Virus record (IMG/VR): IMGVR_UViG_3300006921_000009
Location: 23,305-87,304 of that record
From: a virus
DNA length: 64,000 bases
Strand: one strand, 5' to 3'
The notes under the pieces are model-generated. The model made no database searches. It saw only the letters and a list, made by a program, of their open reading frames with translations, and was not told the DNA's origin. Shown here in pieces: positions 55,333 through 64,000 of the stretch (position 1 is the stretch's first letter; each line of letters starts with the position of its first letter). The translations under genes were made by a program, and so were the position numbers.

Positions 55333-57501
55333 ATGATGAAAAATAAAAAAAATGTTTCTAAGAAAAAGTCAGTAAAGACTAGGAAACGCAAACAGTTACC
55401 TTATTTTGAAATAAATCCTGATGGAACAATTTTAGAATTTGACGGCAAAAAGAAAAACAAATACGAACTAGGCGGTGATCTTAGTAATGCCCTTGGTGGT
55501 AAATCTGGTAGTGAGGAAGAACCAGATGGTCTTAATCAAGCTATAGGTTCAACAGCTAGCTTTGTAGGTAATACAGCAGGTGAGTTGTTAGGAGCGGATG
55601 ATGACTTGTCTCAAGTAGAAGACGTAAACAAAGGGAACAAAATAGCTGGCTCTGCTTTAAAAGCGGCAGGATCAGGAGCTATGGCAGGTTCAGCTTTTGG
55701 ACCACTAGGTACTGCAGCAGGAGCTTTAATTGGAGGCACAGTTGGGTTATTCAAAGGTAAGAAAGAAGCTGATGCCCAACTTGATCAGCTAGCACTTAAA
55801 AATAAGCAAATAGGTGATAGAGTAGATAAAAGTAGTTTAAATACTTTTGTAGGTGCTTACGGTGGTGAACTTCCTGAATTTGCAATGGGTGGTTCTTTAG
55901 CCGGTACTGAAATGGAAATGGGTGGAGAAGCTACAGAATATAACGGTAATAAACATTCAGAAGGTGGTATTGCTTTAGGTAGTAACGCTGAGGTAGAAGA
56001 TGGAGAAGTAAGAGTAGGCGACTACGTATTCTCTGATCAACTAGAAACACCTAGTGGTAAGACTTTTGCTGCAGAGGCTAAAAAGATTACTCGTAGCTTT
56101 GAAGAATATGAAAATGATGGTCCATCTATGAGGACACAAGATAAAATGCTTAAAGAATTACAGCACGGTAATGACCAAGCTCGTTTACTTAAGCAAAAAG
56201 AAGATGCTCAAATTGACCAGATGATGGCGGAAGGAGCTTTAGCTTACGGAGGTATGATCTCTACAGACAAAAAAGGTAAAGCAGTTGTTGCTAAAGAAAA
56301 CCGTATGGCTATCAGAGAAGCTGCTAAAGATTCAGGAATGAGTTACAATGAGTATGTAAATGGTATTATGGCTTATGGAGGTAAGTTATCAAAAAAGAAA
56401 AACGTATACGCTGAAGGTGGACCTTTATCGGAGGCAGAAGCTAAGGCAGAAGAAGATGCATTACTTGCTCCTTTTGATTTAAGACCTGCTCCTTATAACT
56501 TTGGTGAAGATATACCAGTACTCAATACTAGAAATTCAAGCAGAGAGTTACCAAACTTAATTACTGACCCTAGTTTAGATGCTACTACAAATCCATTAAA
56601 AGGTATGAATGCAGGAAAAGCTAATTCTTACATTGATGCTTTATTAGGTAAACAAAATAACTCTGTTAATAGTTTACCAACTATGGGTAGCCAAGATGGT
56701 ACTATTAATAACTTATCAACTAAAGACTTACAGACCCTTCAAGCTGAGCAGAACTTGCGAAGAGAGCCTGTTAATGTTAATAGTTTATCAACGAAAGATG
56801 CAAGTGCGGTTGACCAAAACATAGGTACACGTGACATTATAGATGATGGTAGAGGTATGTCAATAAATGATTACTTACAAGGTATTACTCCAGAATCAGA
56901 AGAAGAAGAAAAAACGTTTGGTTCTGATGAAGCAGCTTTATTAGCAGCTCAACTTCCAAATGCAGGTAACTTCATTAGTTCATTACGTAGTAACCCAACA
57001 AAGTTTGATAGAGTAGAATTAGATAGAGTATCAATGCAAGAAGAACGTGATGCTATCTCTAAAGCAATTGATAATGCCAAAAGACAGAATAGAAGAAATG
57101 TACGTGGTACAGCTACTTCAGCTGGAGATGCATTAGCAGCTATGTCTGCAGGTAACGCAGGATTAACTGATAGAGAATCAGATGCGTTAACTCAATCTTT
57201 TGCTAGAGAAGAAAATACAAACTCTGGAATTAGTAACCAGGAAAAGATGACTAATGTTAATATTAGTAATCAAGAAATGATAGCTAACCAACAAGATCAA
57301 GCTATGCGTCAAACAGTACGTAGTGCAGCTTCTTCTGCGATGGGTGAGAATACTCAAGGGTATTTATCAGACAAGAAAAAAGAACAAAAGAACTTAGAAG
57401 CAAATAGAAGAATTATGGATTTACTTAATACAGGTGAATACAAAATGACTCAAGGAGCTGATGGAACTTTAAAGATAGAATATATTGATCCTAAAATATA
57501 A
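55333..57501 (+). CDS. Virion cargo (ejection) protein 1
   Basis: Gly/Ala-rich TM-like segment GAMAGSAFGPLGTAAGALIGG, HSEGG...EVEDGE, repeated xxGG motifs; follows the muzzle gene; start moved to ATG 55333. Confidence 0.65.
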   Translation: MMKNKKNVSKKKSVKTRKRKQLPYFEINPDGTILEFDGKKKNKYELGGDLSNALGGKSGSEEEPDGLNQAIGSTASFVGNTAGELLGADDDLSQVEDVNKGNKIAGSALKAAGSGAMAGSAFGPLGTAAGALIGGTVGLFKGKKEADAQLDQLALKNKQIGDRVDKSSLNTFVGAYGGELPEFAMGGSLAGTEMEMGGEATEYNGNKHSEGGIALGSNAEVEDGEVRVGDYVFSDQLETPSGKTFAAEAKKITRSFEEYENDGPSMRTQDKMLKELQHGNDQARLLKQKEDAQIDQMMAEGALAYGGMISTDKKGKAVVAKENRMAIREAAKDSGMSYNEYVNGIMAYGGKLSKKKNVYAEGGPLSEAEAKAEEDALLAPFDLRPAPYNFGEDIPVLNTRNSSRELPNLITDPSLDATTNPLKGMNAGKANSYIDALLGKQNNSVNSLPTMGSQDGTINNLSTKDLQTLQAEQNLRREPVNVNSLSTKDASAVDQNIGTRDIIDDGRGMSINDYLQGITPESEEEEKTFGSDEAALLAAQLPNAGNFISSLRSNPTKFDRVELDRVSMQEERDAISKAIDNAKRQNRRNVRGTATSAGDALAAMSAGNAGLTDRESDALTQSFAREENTNSGISNQEKMTNVNISNQEMIANQQDQAMRQTVRSAASSAMGENTQGYLSDKKKEQKNLEANRRIMDLLNTGEYKMTQGADGTLKIEYIDPKI

Positions 57502-57507
57502 GAAGTA

Positions 57508-59724
57508 ATGAATAGATTTTTTAAACCAACACAAACTAGATATAAAAGTCAGTTTGTACCTACAAATCTCCCAGCAGATTTAATGGCAAAAACTCTATAC
57601 GCTAAACAAGGCAAAGCTGACAAAATGTTGGCTGCGTCTGTTAAGCTAGGAGAATTTGAACAAGCTGCACTAAGTGGTAGAGATACAAAATACGTAGAAG
57701 ATATTAAGAAAGAAGTACAAGCTTTTGCTGGATCAGCAATGTCACAAGACAGAACCTCTCCAGAGTTTCAAAGAAAATACTTAGCTCTTACAAATAAAAT
57801 TAAAAATGATAAAAACTTAACTAAGATTCAAGCTAGTGTAGATAACTATAAAGAGTTTAATGCACGACACAAAGAACTTGTTAAGAAGGGAGATAATGCT
57901 GCAGCTCAAGAATTAGAGGCAGATTACATGTACCGTTTTAATGAATACACTAAAGAAGGTGGTGAAGGTTTTGAAGGTGCTATGGGTCTTGGTGATGCTA
58001 ACATAATTGAAGGTAGAAGTCACTTTGAAGATGCACTTAAATTCTTTACACCATTAAAAGCTAGTGGTGGAGAGAGTATTAAATTCTTAGGTGACGGTAT
58101 ATCGTATAAAAGTGGTTGGACTGGAGTTTCTGACAAAAGAGTTAGAGAGCAATTAGATAGAGTCTATAACGATTGGTCTAACAAAGATGCTTTTAAACAA
58201 GAAAGACTTAGAGAGTTACAAAAAAGAGGATTAGTACAAACTCAATATAATGCTTTAAATAAAGAAGATAAAGCAGCTATAGATAAAGAAATTGATGCTG
58301 TACAAAAAAATAACTTCCTTAATGTAGGACGTACAGTTGTACACGGTAAGTCTACTACTAATAGAGACCAAGCTTTAAATTTTGGAAGAGCAGAAAAGAA
58401 AGAAGAAGAACTTCAAGTAGTAATACCTACACAAGAAAAGGTATACACTACAGAGGCTAGTTATGCGGATAGAGATAAACAAATTACTGCGCTGAACAAT
58501 TCTAAGGATGCTTTACAGAAAAAACTAAACGCAGATGACAAAAGAGTAGCTCAAGGACTTGCTTCTAATTATACTGCAGAACAACGTCAAGGTATGGTTG
58601 AGCAAGTAGCTAGTGACAATAAGAAAGCTAAGATGTTAAGGCAGACTAAGAATTCTGATTATAGAAAAATTTATGACATACAAAGAGCTAAAGCTACTGG
58701 TAAGTTTAATGATCTAAATGCAGAAAGCCAAAAGCTAGTAGCTAATTTAGGTAACCTAGTTGATGGTACAACTTTTACTACTGAAGACTTGGATGAGATT
58801 AAAAATGCAATTACTACTAAATTAAACAATGGTAATTCAATTTTATTTGAAGATTATACAGTAAAAAATATCTTTGATGCGATACCTATTTCTAATGATT
58901 ATGGTAAGTTAAGAGCTACGCTTAGCAAACTAGTAAAAGTAGAGCATAGTAAAAATGTAGTAGGTGATACTGCACGAAATAGGACTAACGCTATATGGGC
59001 AGAAGAATATCAGAACCCAGGTAAGACAACGTCAAATATGCAAATGTCAGGATCTAATGTACGTACTGATTCAAAGTCTACAATGGCTGCTGTTAATAAA
59101 GATTTTCTTTCTAACACAGAGGCTTACAACATGTATGACCAAAATGGTAATGTAGTTGAATATACAAGTTTAGTAGATTTTAAAGGTAATAGTGTTACTT
59201 CTGGAAACTTTAGAGATAAAGGTGATTTTGCTATGAGTGGACGAGTTAAGTTACTAAGACAACAAGTAATTAATGGTGTACCGCAATTAGATAAGAGTGG
59301 TAACCCAGTAATGAAACCAGTAGTTATGGCTGTGAATATTGTACCTAATGGTGCACACGGACAGTTCTTAAAGAACAACTTCTCTAATGAGCAGTTTGAG
59401 ATTGCAAATGATAAAGAGGCATCTGGTGATTATGAACAAGCTAACGTTGCTAGAACAGTTGCATTAAACTTAAATAGTGCAAGTAGGATAGAAGACTTAA
59501 ATGATTTTAAAACATCAACAAGTAAGTACACTACAATACAAACTAGAGCATATAGTCCAGATAGAAGACAATCAGCTAATGCAGAGTTTGTAGTAAAGAA
59601 ACTAGGTGCAGGAGGGTACACAGTTCAATATGGTAATACAGAGGATGAGTTTAGTGATGTAAATGAAGTTAACGCTTACATTCAAACATTAACAAATTCT
59701 ACACCTCAGCAATTTACAAAATAA
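57508..59724 (+). CDS. Virion cargo (ejection) protein 2
   Basis: 738-aa helical protein between cargo 1 and the giant ORF. Confidence 0.6.
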   Translation: MNRFFKPTQTRYKSQFVPTNLPADLMAKTLYAKQGKADKMLAASVKLGEFEQAALSGRDTKYVEDIKKEVQAFAGSAMSQDRTSPEFQRKYLALTNKIKNDKNLTKIQASVDNYKEFNARHKELVKKGDNAAAQELEADYMYRFNEYTKEGGEGFEGAMGLGDANIIEGRSHFEDALKFFTPLKASGGESIKFLGDGISYKSGWTGVSDKRVREQLDRVYNDWSNKDAFKQERLRELQKRGLVQTQYNALNKEDKAAIDKEIDAVQKNNFLNVGRTVVHGKSTTNRDQALNFGRAEKKEEELQVVIPTQEKVYTTEASYADRDKQITALNNSKDALQKKLNADDKRVAQGLASNYTAEQRQGMVEQVASDNKKAKMLRQTKNSDYRKIYDIQRAKATGKFNDLNAESQKLVANLGNLVDGTTFTTEDLDEIKNAITTKLNNGNSILFEDYTVKNIFDAIPISNDYGKLRATLSKLVKVEHSKNVVGDTARNRTNAIWAEEYQNPGKTTSNMQMSGSNVRTDSKSTMAAVNKDFLSNTEAYNMYDQNGNVVEYTSLVDFKGNSVTSGNFRDKGDFAMSGRVKLLRQQVINGVPQLDKSGNPVMKPVVMAVNIVPNGAHGQFLKNNFSNEQFEIANDKEASGDYEQANVARTVALNLNSASRIEDLNDFKTSTSKYTTIQTRAYSPDRRQSANAEFVVKKLGAGGYTVQYGNTEDEFSDVNEVNAYIQTLTNSTPQQFTK

Positions 59725-59729
59725 AAGTT

Positions 59730-62700
59730 ATGGCTAAGAAGAACGGAGGAGATTTTAATCTTAATGAGTTACTAGAAAGTAACAGAGACAGTGCAATGAA
59801 AGTTGCAAAGTCTAGTGTTACTAGCGATCTATCTCAAAATATCAATACAGATCAAAATCTAGAAGAAAAGTTTGATTACATTAAGCAATGGACAGGGGAA
59901 AATACTTCCCTGTCTACTGCTAGTTCTATTGTAAATAAAAACTTAATAAAAGCAGAATATAATAAAGCTAAAGCTGACGCAGCTGATCAAGGTTTTTTTG
60001 GTGAGCTAGGTGCGTTTGCAGCGCAGACTGTAGCCGGTGAAATAATTAATGGTTCTGTAGAGGGACTTGGTTATTTATTGGATGTACAACACTGGGGTTC
60101 TCAACTAATGGGAGGCGATGGTGATTACGGTAACTGGTTATCTGATTGGGCAGCAGACAATAAAGAAGGTATTAGAGAATGGGCTCCTATTTATCAAGAC
60201 CCTGACAACGAAGAACGTAGTACATGGGAAAACATGTTACACGGTGATGGTTGGTGGGCAGAAAATGGAGTATCTATGGCATCTTCATTATCTATATTAC
60301 TTCCAGTAGCAGGTTATGCTAGAGGAATGTCTTTAGCAGGTAAAGGTCTTAACTACGCAGCGCAAGCAGGACGTGTAGGTAAACTTGGACGTGCAGCGGC
60401 TAAAGGAACTAAGGTAATAGATAAAGTTACTGATGCAATGCATGCGACAGGTAAAGCTGCTAAATTAACCGGTGATTCAGGTAAAGCTATTTTAGGTGGT
60501 ATACACAAAGCAACTGTATCTCGTTTAATTGAGTCACAAATGGAAGCTACTGGTGTCTTTAAAGAGAAGCTAGAAGAATACATGAAAGATCCAAATATGT
60601 CTGAAGAAGAGGCTAAGAGAGCAGCAGCTAAAGCAGCATCATTTACATACAAGTGGAACTGGGGAGCAATGCTTACCGATATCCCACAATACATGTTAAT
60701 GGGATCAACAGGTAAAGGACTTAAAGCAGCATTAAGTAAAAAGAAGCCAGGTTTTATTAAAAACTCTAAGTTATTAAATAAGACTAAAGGAGTTAGAAGT
60801 ACAGGTTTCCAAATGTTGTCAGAGGGTGCTGAGGAAGGTTACCAATATATCATTGCAGAAGAGGGTAAACGTTTAGGTGATATCCAAGCTGGATACTTAG
60901 ATCCTGAAAAGAATACTTTATTTGGTAATGAAGGTAACAATAGATTTTGGAAATACATGAAGGATTCTGAAATGCAAACATCTATGCTATTTGGTGGTTT
61001 AGGTGGGGGTGTGTTTTCTGCAGTAGGACCTAAAGCTACTTCTCTTATTAATAAGGCTTTCCGTAAAGGAGAAACTATGATGACTGAAGCAGATGTTAGA
61101 GTTAATGAAGAAAAGGATAGAATGGCTAGACTTTCCCATAACTTAGATTTATTACAGGCTGCAGAAGCATCAGGTAGTGAAGAAGCTATACATCAAGCAA
61201 AAGCTAACATGGCATTTGACATGGCTCTTAAAGCAGAGACAGCTAATAACTATGAGTCAGCTAGACAATCTATGGCTCAGTTAAAACACGCTACTGCTGA
61301 AGAAAAAGAAGCATACGATATAAAAGAAAATTTTGGTGGATTTGTTGAAAACATTGATAACTGGATATCCGATATGGATACTGCAGCAGATATCATTGCA
61401 AGAAATAAAGGTAAGTATACTTACGGTCTTGCAGAGATGGTTTCTAAACGTCAGTTTGAGCAACATATGTTTGAGAAACAAAGTCCAGAATTACAAAATA
61501 AAATAGATCAAGAAAAAAGAAACGTTATACCTAACTACAATAGAGTATCTAAAGACGGTAATAACGCTATAGATAATATGTTACGTACACGAGGTATGGA
61601 ACTTAGTATTAATGTTCTTGAGAAACAACTAGAAGGTAATAACCTAACAGACCAAGAAAGAGCTATCATTGAACAACAAGTAAAAGATGGTAGAGAATTT
61701 ATAAGTAACAGTAAAGAAAACTTTAAAGAGTATATTGATCAATCAGTATTATCTAAAGAAGACAAACTTGCTGTTGAGGCTGTTGAAGGTGGAACTGCAG
61801 ATGAACTTGTTACAGCATCAGCTAAACAACACTTACTAGAGTTTCAAAATGAAAAAAATACAAAAGAATTAAACTACTTAACTTCTGGAGATGGGCGAAG
61901 AGACTTTAAAAGAAAAAGAGCAGCAGCGCATGCAAAAGCAAAAGCTGATAAAGCGGCTGCAAGAGATAAAGAAGAACAAGCGGAGTCAAGAGCAGCAGTG
62001 GTTGATCCAACTACTGGTAAGAAAACAAAAGCTAAACGAGGAATAAAAGACTTAGATGTTAAAGAAGTAGCTAGAGCTATAGAAAAAGGTGCAACTTACG
62101 AAGAGTTTACAGAAGACCCTGAAGAGTTGTTTGAATTAAAATTAGCTGTTAGTGACTATAACCAACGTCAAGCACAAGACCAAGGAATTAAGCATAATGA
62201 AGAAGAATCAGCAGATGATTTAGATTTAGCTTTATCTAAAGATTTACAAGATAGTGATTCTGGTATTACATTTAATGAAGAAACTGAACAAGAAGTTGAG
62301 GTATTAGATAGTACAGAAGAAACTGAACAAGCAGAAGACGTTACAGATGTAGTGGATCCTGTAGAAGATCTTAATAAAGAAATAGAAGCATCAGAGTTTG
62401 AGAACTTAGAAGTGCCTCTTAATAATGATGAAGCAGCAGGTGTTACTATTTCAGCTACAATGACAGATAGTACATTGGCTAATATACCTGGACAGTTAGC
62501 ATGGTTATCTGCTAATCACCCTGATAATACAGACGTTACAGATGAGCAAAAAGCTCTATCTGCATACTTAGAGTCTGAAGGTAATCCTTTAGTAGACTTA
62601 GAAGTAGAGTTTGATTTTAATAGAGAGTGGTTAGGTCAGAATAAATCTAACCCTAGGTACCAACGTATGATGAAAGCATTAAGCGAAGGTAAGATGCCGG

Positions 62701-64000
62701 CAACAGAAGACATAGGATATATGCCAATGTCTGCAACGTTAAAGAAAGATGGTAAGCCGGTAGTAAAAAATGGAGTTACATTGAAGATGAACCTTCACGA
62801 TCCTAGCTTTTACTATAACGCAAATGGTAAAGAAAAGTTTCCAGGTGTATCTGAAGCCCAGGCTAAGATGACTATCTTACATAAGAAAGCAATTATCTCA
62901 CAGATGTTAAACGGTGGTGTAGTATCAACTAGTATCAACGGTAAGTCTAGAGGTAGTATTGTTAATGAGTATAATGAAGACGGTGGATTTGCAGAAAAGT
63001 TTATTGCACAAACACTTAAAGTACCTACAAAGAAATTAGACTTTTTAGTAGGTGATAAACAAGGTAACTTTGTTAACTCTAAAAGACGTGCTAAGATTAA
63101 CTTAGGACAAGGTTCTGAAGCTGGTGCATTTTACGTAGAAGTTTCTACAGCAAATGGTGCTAAGTTTCCTTTACGTGTTCACGCAAGTAACTTAAGTAAA
63201 GAAGAAGCTACAACAATACACGCTATCTATTTAGATGTTATTACAGAACCTTCTTTAATGGGACAACCTATTAGTGAAGATATTGTAAATTATATTAAGA
63301 ATAACGAAAATCCTAGGATTAACTCAATGGCTAAATTTTTGCCTAACTTAGATACTATGACATACCAAGAGGTATTAGATCATTTAGTATACGAAGGATC
63401 AAGAACAATAGCTAAGAAAGATTTTGTACTTACAACGTTTGTAAACACAGAGTCAGCTAAAGGAGTTAAGTTACCTAACGTAGTTCAGTTTGGAAAAACG
63501 AAATTACCAGCAGATCGTTTAGCATCTGAAGAAGGTAAAGCGCAGTTTATTAATTGGTTAACAGAAAACAAACGTAGACAGATTGATGCTAAGATGTTAG
63601 GTAATGAAGATTACAAAACATTCTTAAATGATCAAAAAGTTCTAAGTACAAATGTTGCTGCAACACCAGAAGGTAATATATTTATACAACCTGTAGTTAG
63701 TTACTCTCCACAAATGAAAGTATCTAACCCTACAAGTACTGCAGCAGAGCAAGTTACTGAAACTAAAGAAGAACAAGTATTAGCTCTTAAGAATGAGTTA
63801 GCTTATGAAGCAACAAGTGAGTTTGGTAATCCTAACCGTGTAGAAGATATAGAGGCTGAAATTGCAAAGATTGAAGCTGAGATAGCTGCTAACAATGCAC
63901 CTGTAGTAGAAGCTCCAGTAGCTGATACACAAGCAAGTGATCCTGATTATAATTTTAACCCATCAAATGTATCTGAAAAAGAGAGAGAAAAAGGTAAGAA
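59730..64000 (+). CDS. Giant virion protein of the crAss RNA polymerase locus, N-terminal part (>1420 aa, truncated)
   Basis: Open from ATG 59730 (MAKKNGGDFNLNELL...) to the window end and absent from the track because no stop is reached. Position matches crAss virion RNAP genes; I did not see the catalytic DxDxD motif in this portion. Confidence 0.65.
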   Translation, partial: MAKKNGGDFNLNELLESNRDSAMKVAKSSVTSDLSQNINTDQNLEEKFDYIKQWTGENTSLSTASSIVNKNLIKAEYNKAKADAADQGFFGELGAFAAQTVAGEIINGSVEGLGYLLDVQHWGSQLMGGDGDYGNWLSDWAADNKEGIREWAPIYQDPDNEERSTWENMLHGDGWWAENGVSMASSLSILLPVAGYARGMSLAGKGLNYAAQAGRVGKLGRAAAKGTKVIDKVTDAMHATGKAAKLTGDSGKAILGGIHKATVSRLIESQMEATGVFKEKLEEYMKDPNMSEEEAKRAAAKAASFTYKWNWGAMLTDIPQYMLMGSTGKGLKAALSKKKPGFIKNSKLLNKTKGVRSTGFQMLSEGAEEGYQYIIAEEGKRLGDIQAGYLDPEKNTLFGNEGNNRFWKYMKDSEMQTSMLFGGLGGGVFSAVGPKATSLINKAFRKGETMMTEADVRVNEEKDRMARLSHNLDLLQAAEASGSEEAIHQAKANMAFDMALKAETANNYESARQSMAQLKHATAEEKEAYDIKENFGGFVENIDNWISDMDTAADIIARNKGKYTYGLAEMVSKRQFEQHMFEKQSPELQNKIDQEKRNVIPNYNRVSKDGNNAIDNMLRTRGMELSINVLEKQLEGNNLTDQERAIIEQQVKDGREFISNSKENFKEYIDQSVLSKEDKLAVEAVEGGTADELVTASAKQHLLEFQNEKNTKELNYLTSGDGRRDFKRKRAAAHAKAKADKAAARDKEEQAESRAAVVDPTTGKKTKAKRGIKDLDVKEVARAIEKGATYEEFTEDPEELFELKLAVSDYNQRQAQDQGIKHNEEESADDLDLALSKDLQDSDSGITFNEETEQEVEVLDSTEETEQAEDVTDVVDPVEDLNKEIEASEFENLEVPLNNDEAAGVTISATMTDSTLANIPGQLAWLSANHPDNTDVTDEQKALSAYLESEGNPLVDLEVEFDFNREWLGQNKSNPRYQRMMKALSEGKMPATEDIGYMPMSATLKKDGKPVVKNGVTLKMNLHDPSFYYNANGKEKFPGVSEAQAKMTILHKKAIISQMLNGGVVSTSINGKSRGSIVNEYNEDGGFAEKFIAQTLKVPTKKLDFLVGDKQGNFVNSKRRAKINLGQGSEAGAFYVEVSTANGAKFPLRVHASNLSKEEATTIHAIYLDVITEPSLMGQPISEDIVNYIKNNENPRINSMAKFLPNLDTMTYQEVLDHLVYEGSRTIAKKDFVLTTFVNTESAKGVKLPNVVQFGKTKLPADRLASEEGKAQFINWLTENKRRQIDAKMLGNEDYKTFLNDQKVLSTNVAATPEGNIFIQPVVSYSPQMKVSNPTSTAAEQVTETKEEQVLALKNELAYEATSEFGNPNRVEDIEAEIAKIEAEIAANNAPVVEAPVADTQASDPDYNFNPSNVSEKEREKGK

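Noticed and set aside
22297-61481. Short minus-strand and out-of-frame ORFs in the right arm (e.g. 24768, 31449, 42611, 47733, 60353)
   Set aside because: They lie inside long structural genes and look like codon-bias shadows.
1-64000. Stop-codon reassignment (TAG or TGA), known in some crAss-like phages
   Set aside because: Terminase, portal, capsid, muzzle and polymerase genes are all full length in the standard code, TAG ends several genes, and no suppressor tRNA was seen.

Overview
This 64-kb window is the central part of an AT-rich crAss-like phage genome (Crassvirales) in the standard genetic code. The host is most likely a Bacteroidota (flavobacterial) bacterium: TAnnTTTG promoters, A-rich starts without obvious Shine-Dalgarno sequences, a T9SS-type C-terminal domain and Bacteroidota-type lipoproteins all point that way. 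Two divergent arms meet at a largely non-coding, hairpin-rich region at about 20.9-22.2 kb. The minus-strand arm (1-20.9 kb) runs from small early genes, including envelope-targeted proteins and structured intergenic RNA candidates, through a replication module (PolA, SF2 helicase, DnaB, Sak4/AAA ATPase, SSB candidate, primase, RusA) and a GH24 lysozyme. It ends in a ubiquitin-like protein, an E2-like protein and a JAB/JAMM protease, cut off by the window edge. The plus-strand arm (22.2-64 kb) carries HTH and HU-like proteins, a phage GroES/GroEL pair, terminase, portal, scaffold, major capsid, ring/hub/fibre proteins, a metallophosphoesterase, the muzzle, cargo proteins and the start of a giant virion protein in the RNA polymerase locus. 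The best novelty candidates are (1) a phage-encoded ubiquitin-like conjugation module, (2) a phage-encoded T9SS cargo protein with surface lipoproteins, and (3) structured intergenic RNAs, including a pseudoknotted 177-nt element and a tRNA-like minihelix. All calls come from reading motifs and gene order by eye; no database search or folding program was run.
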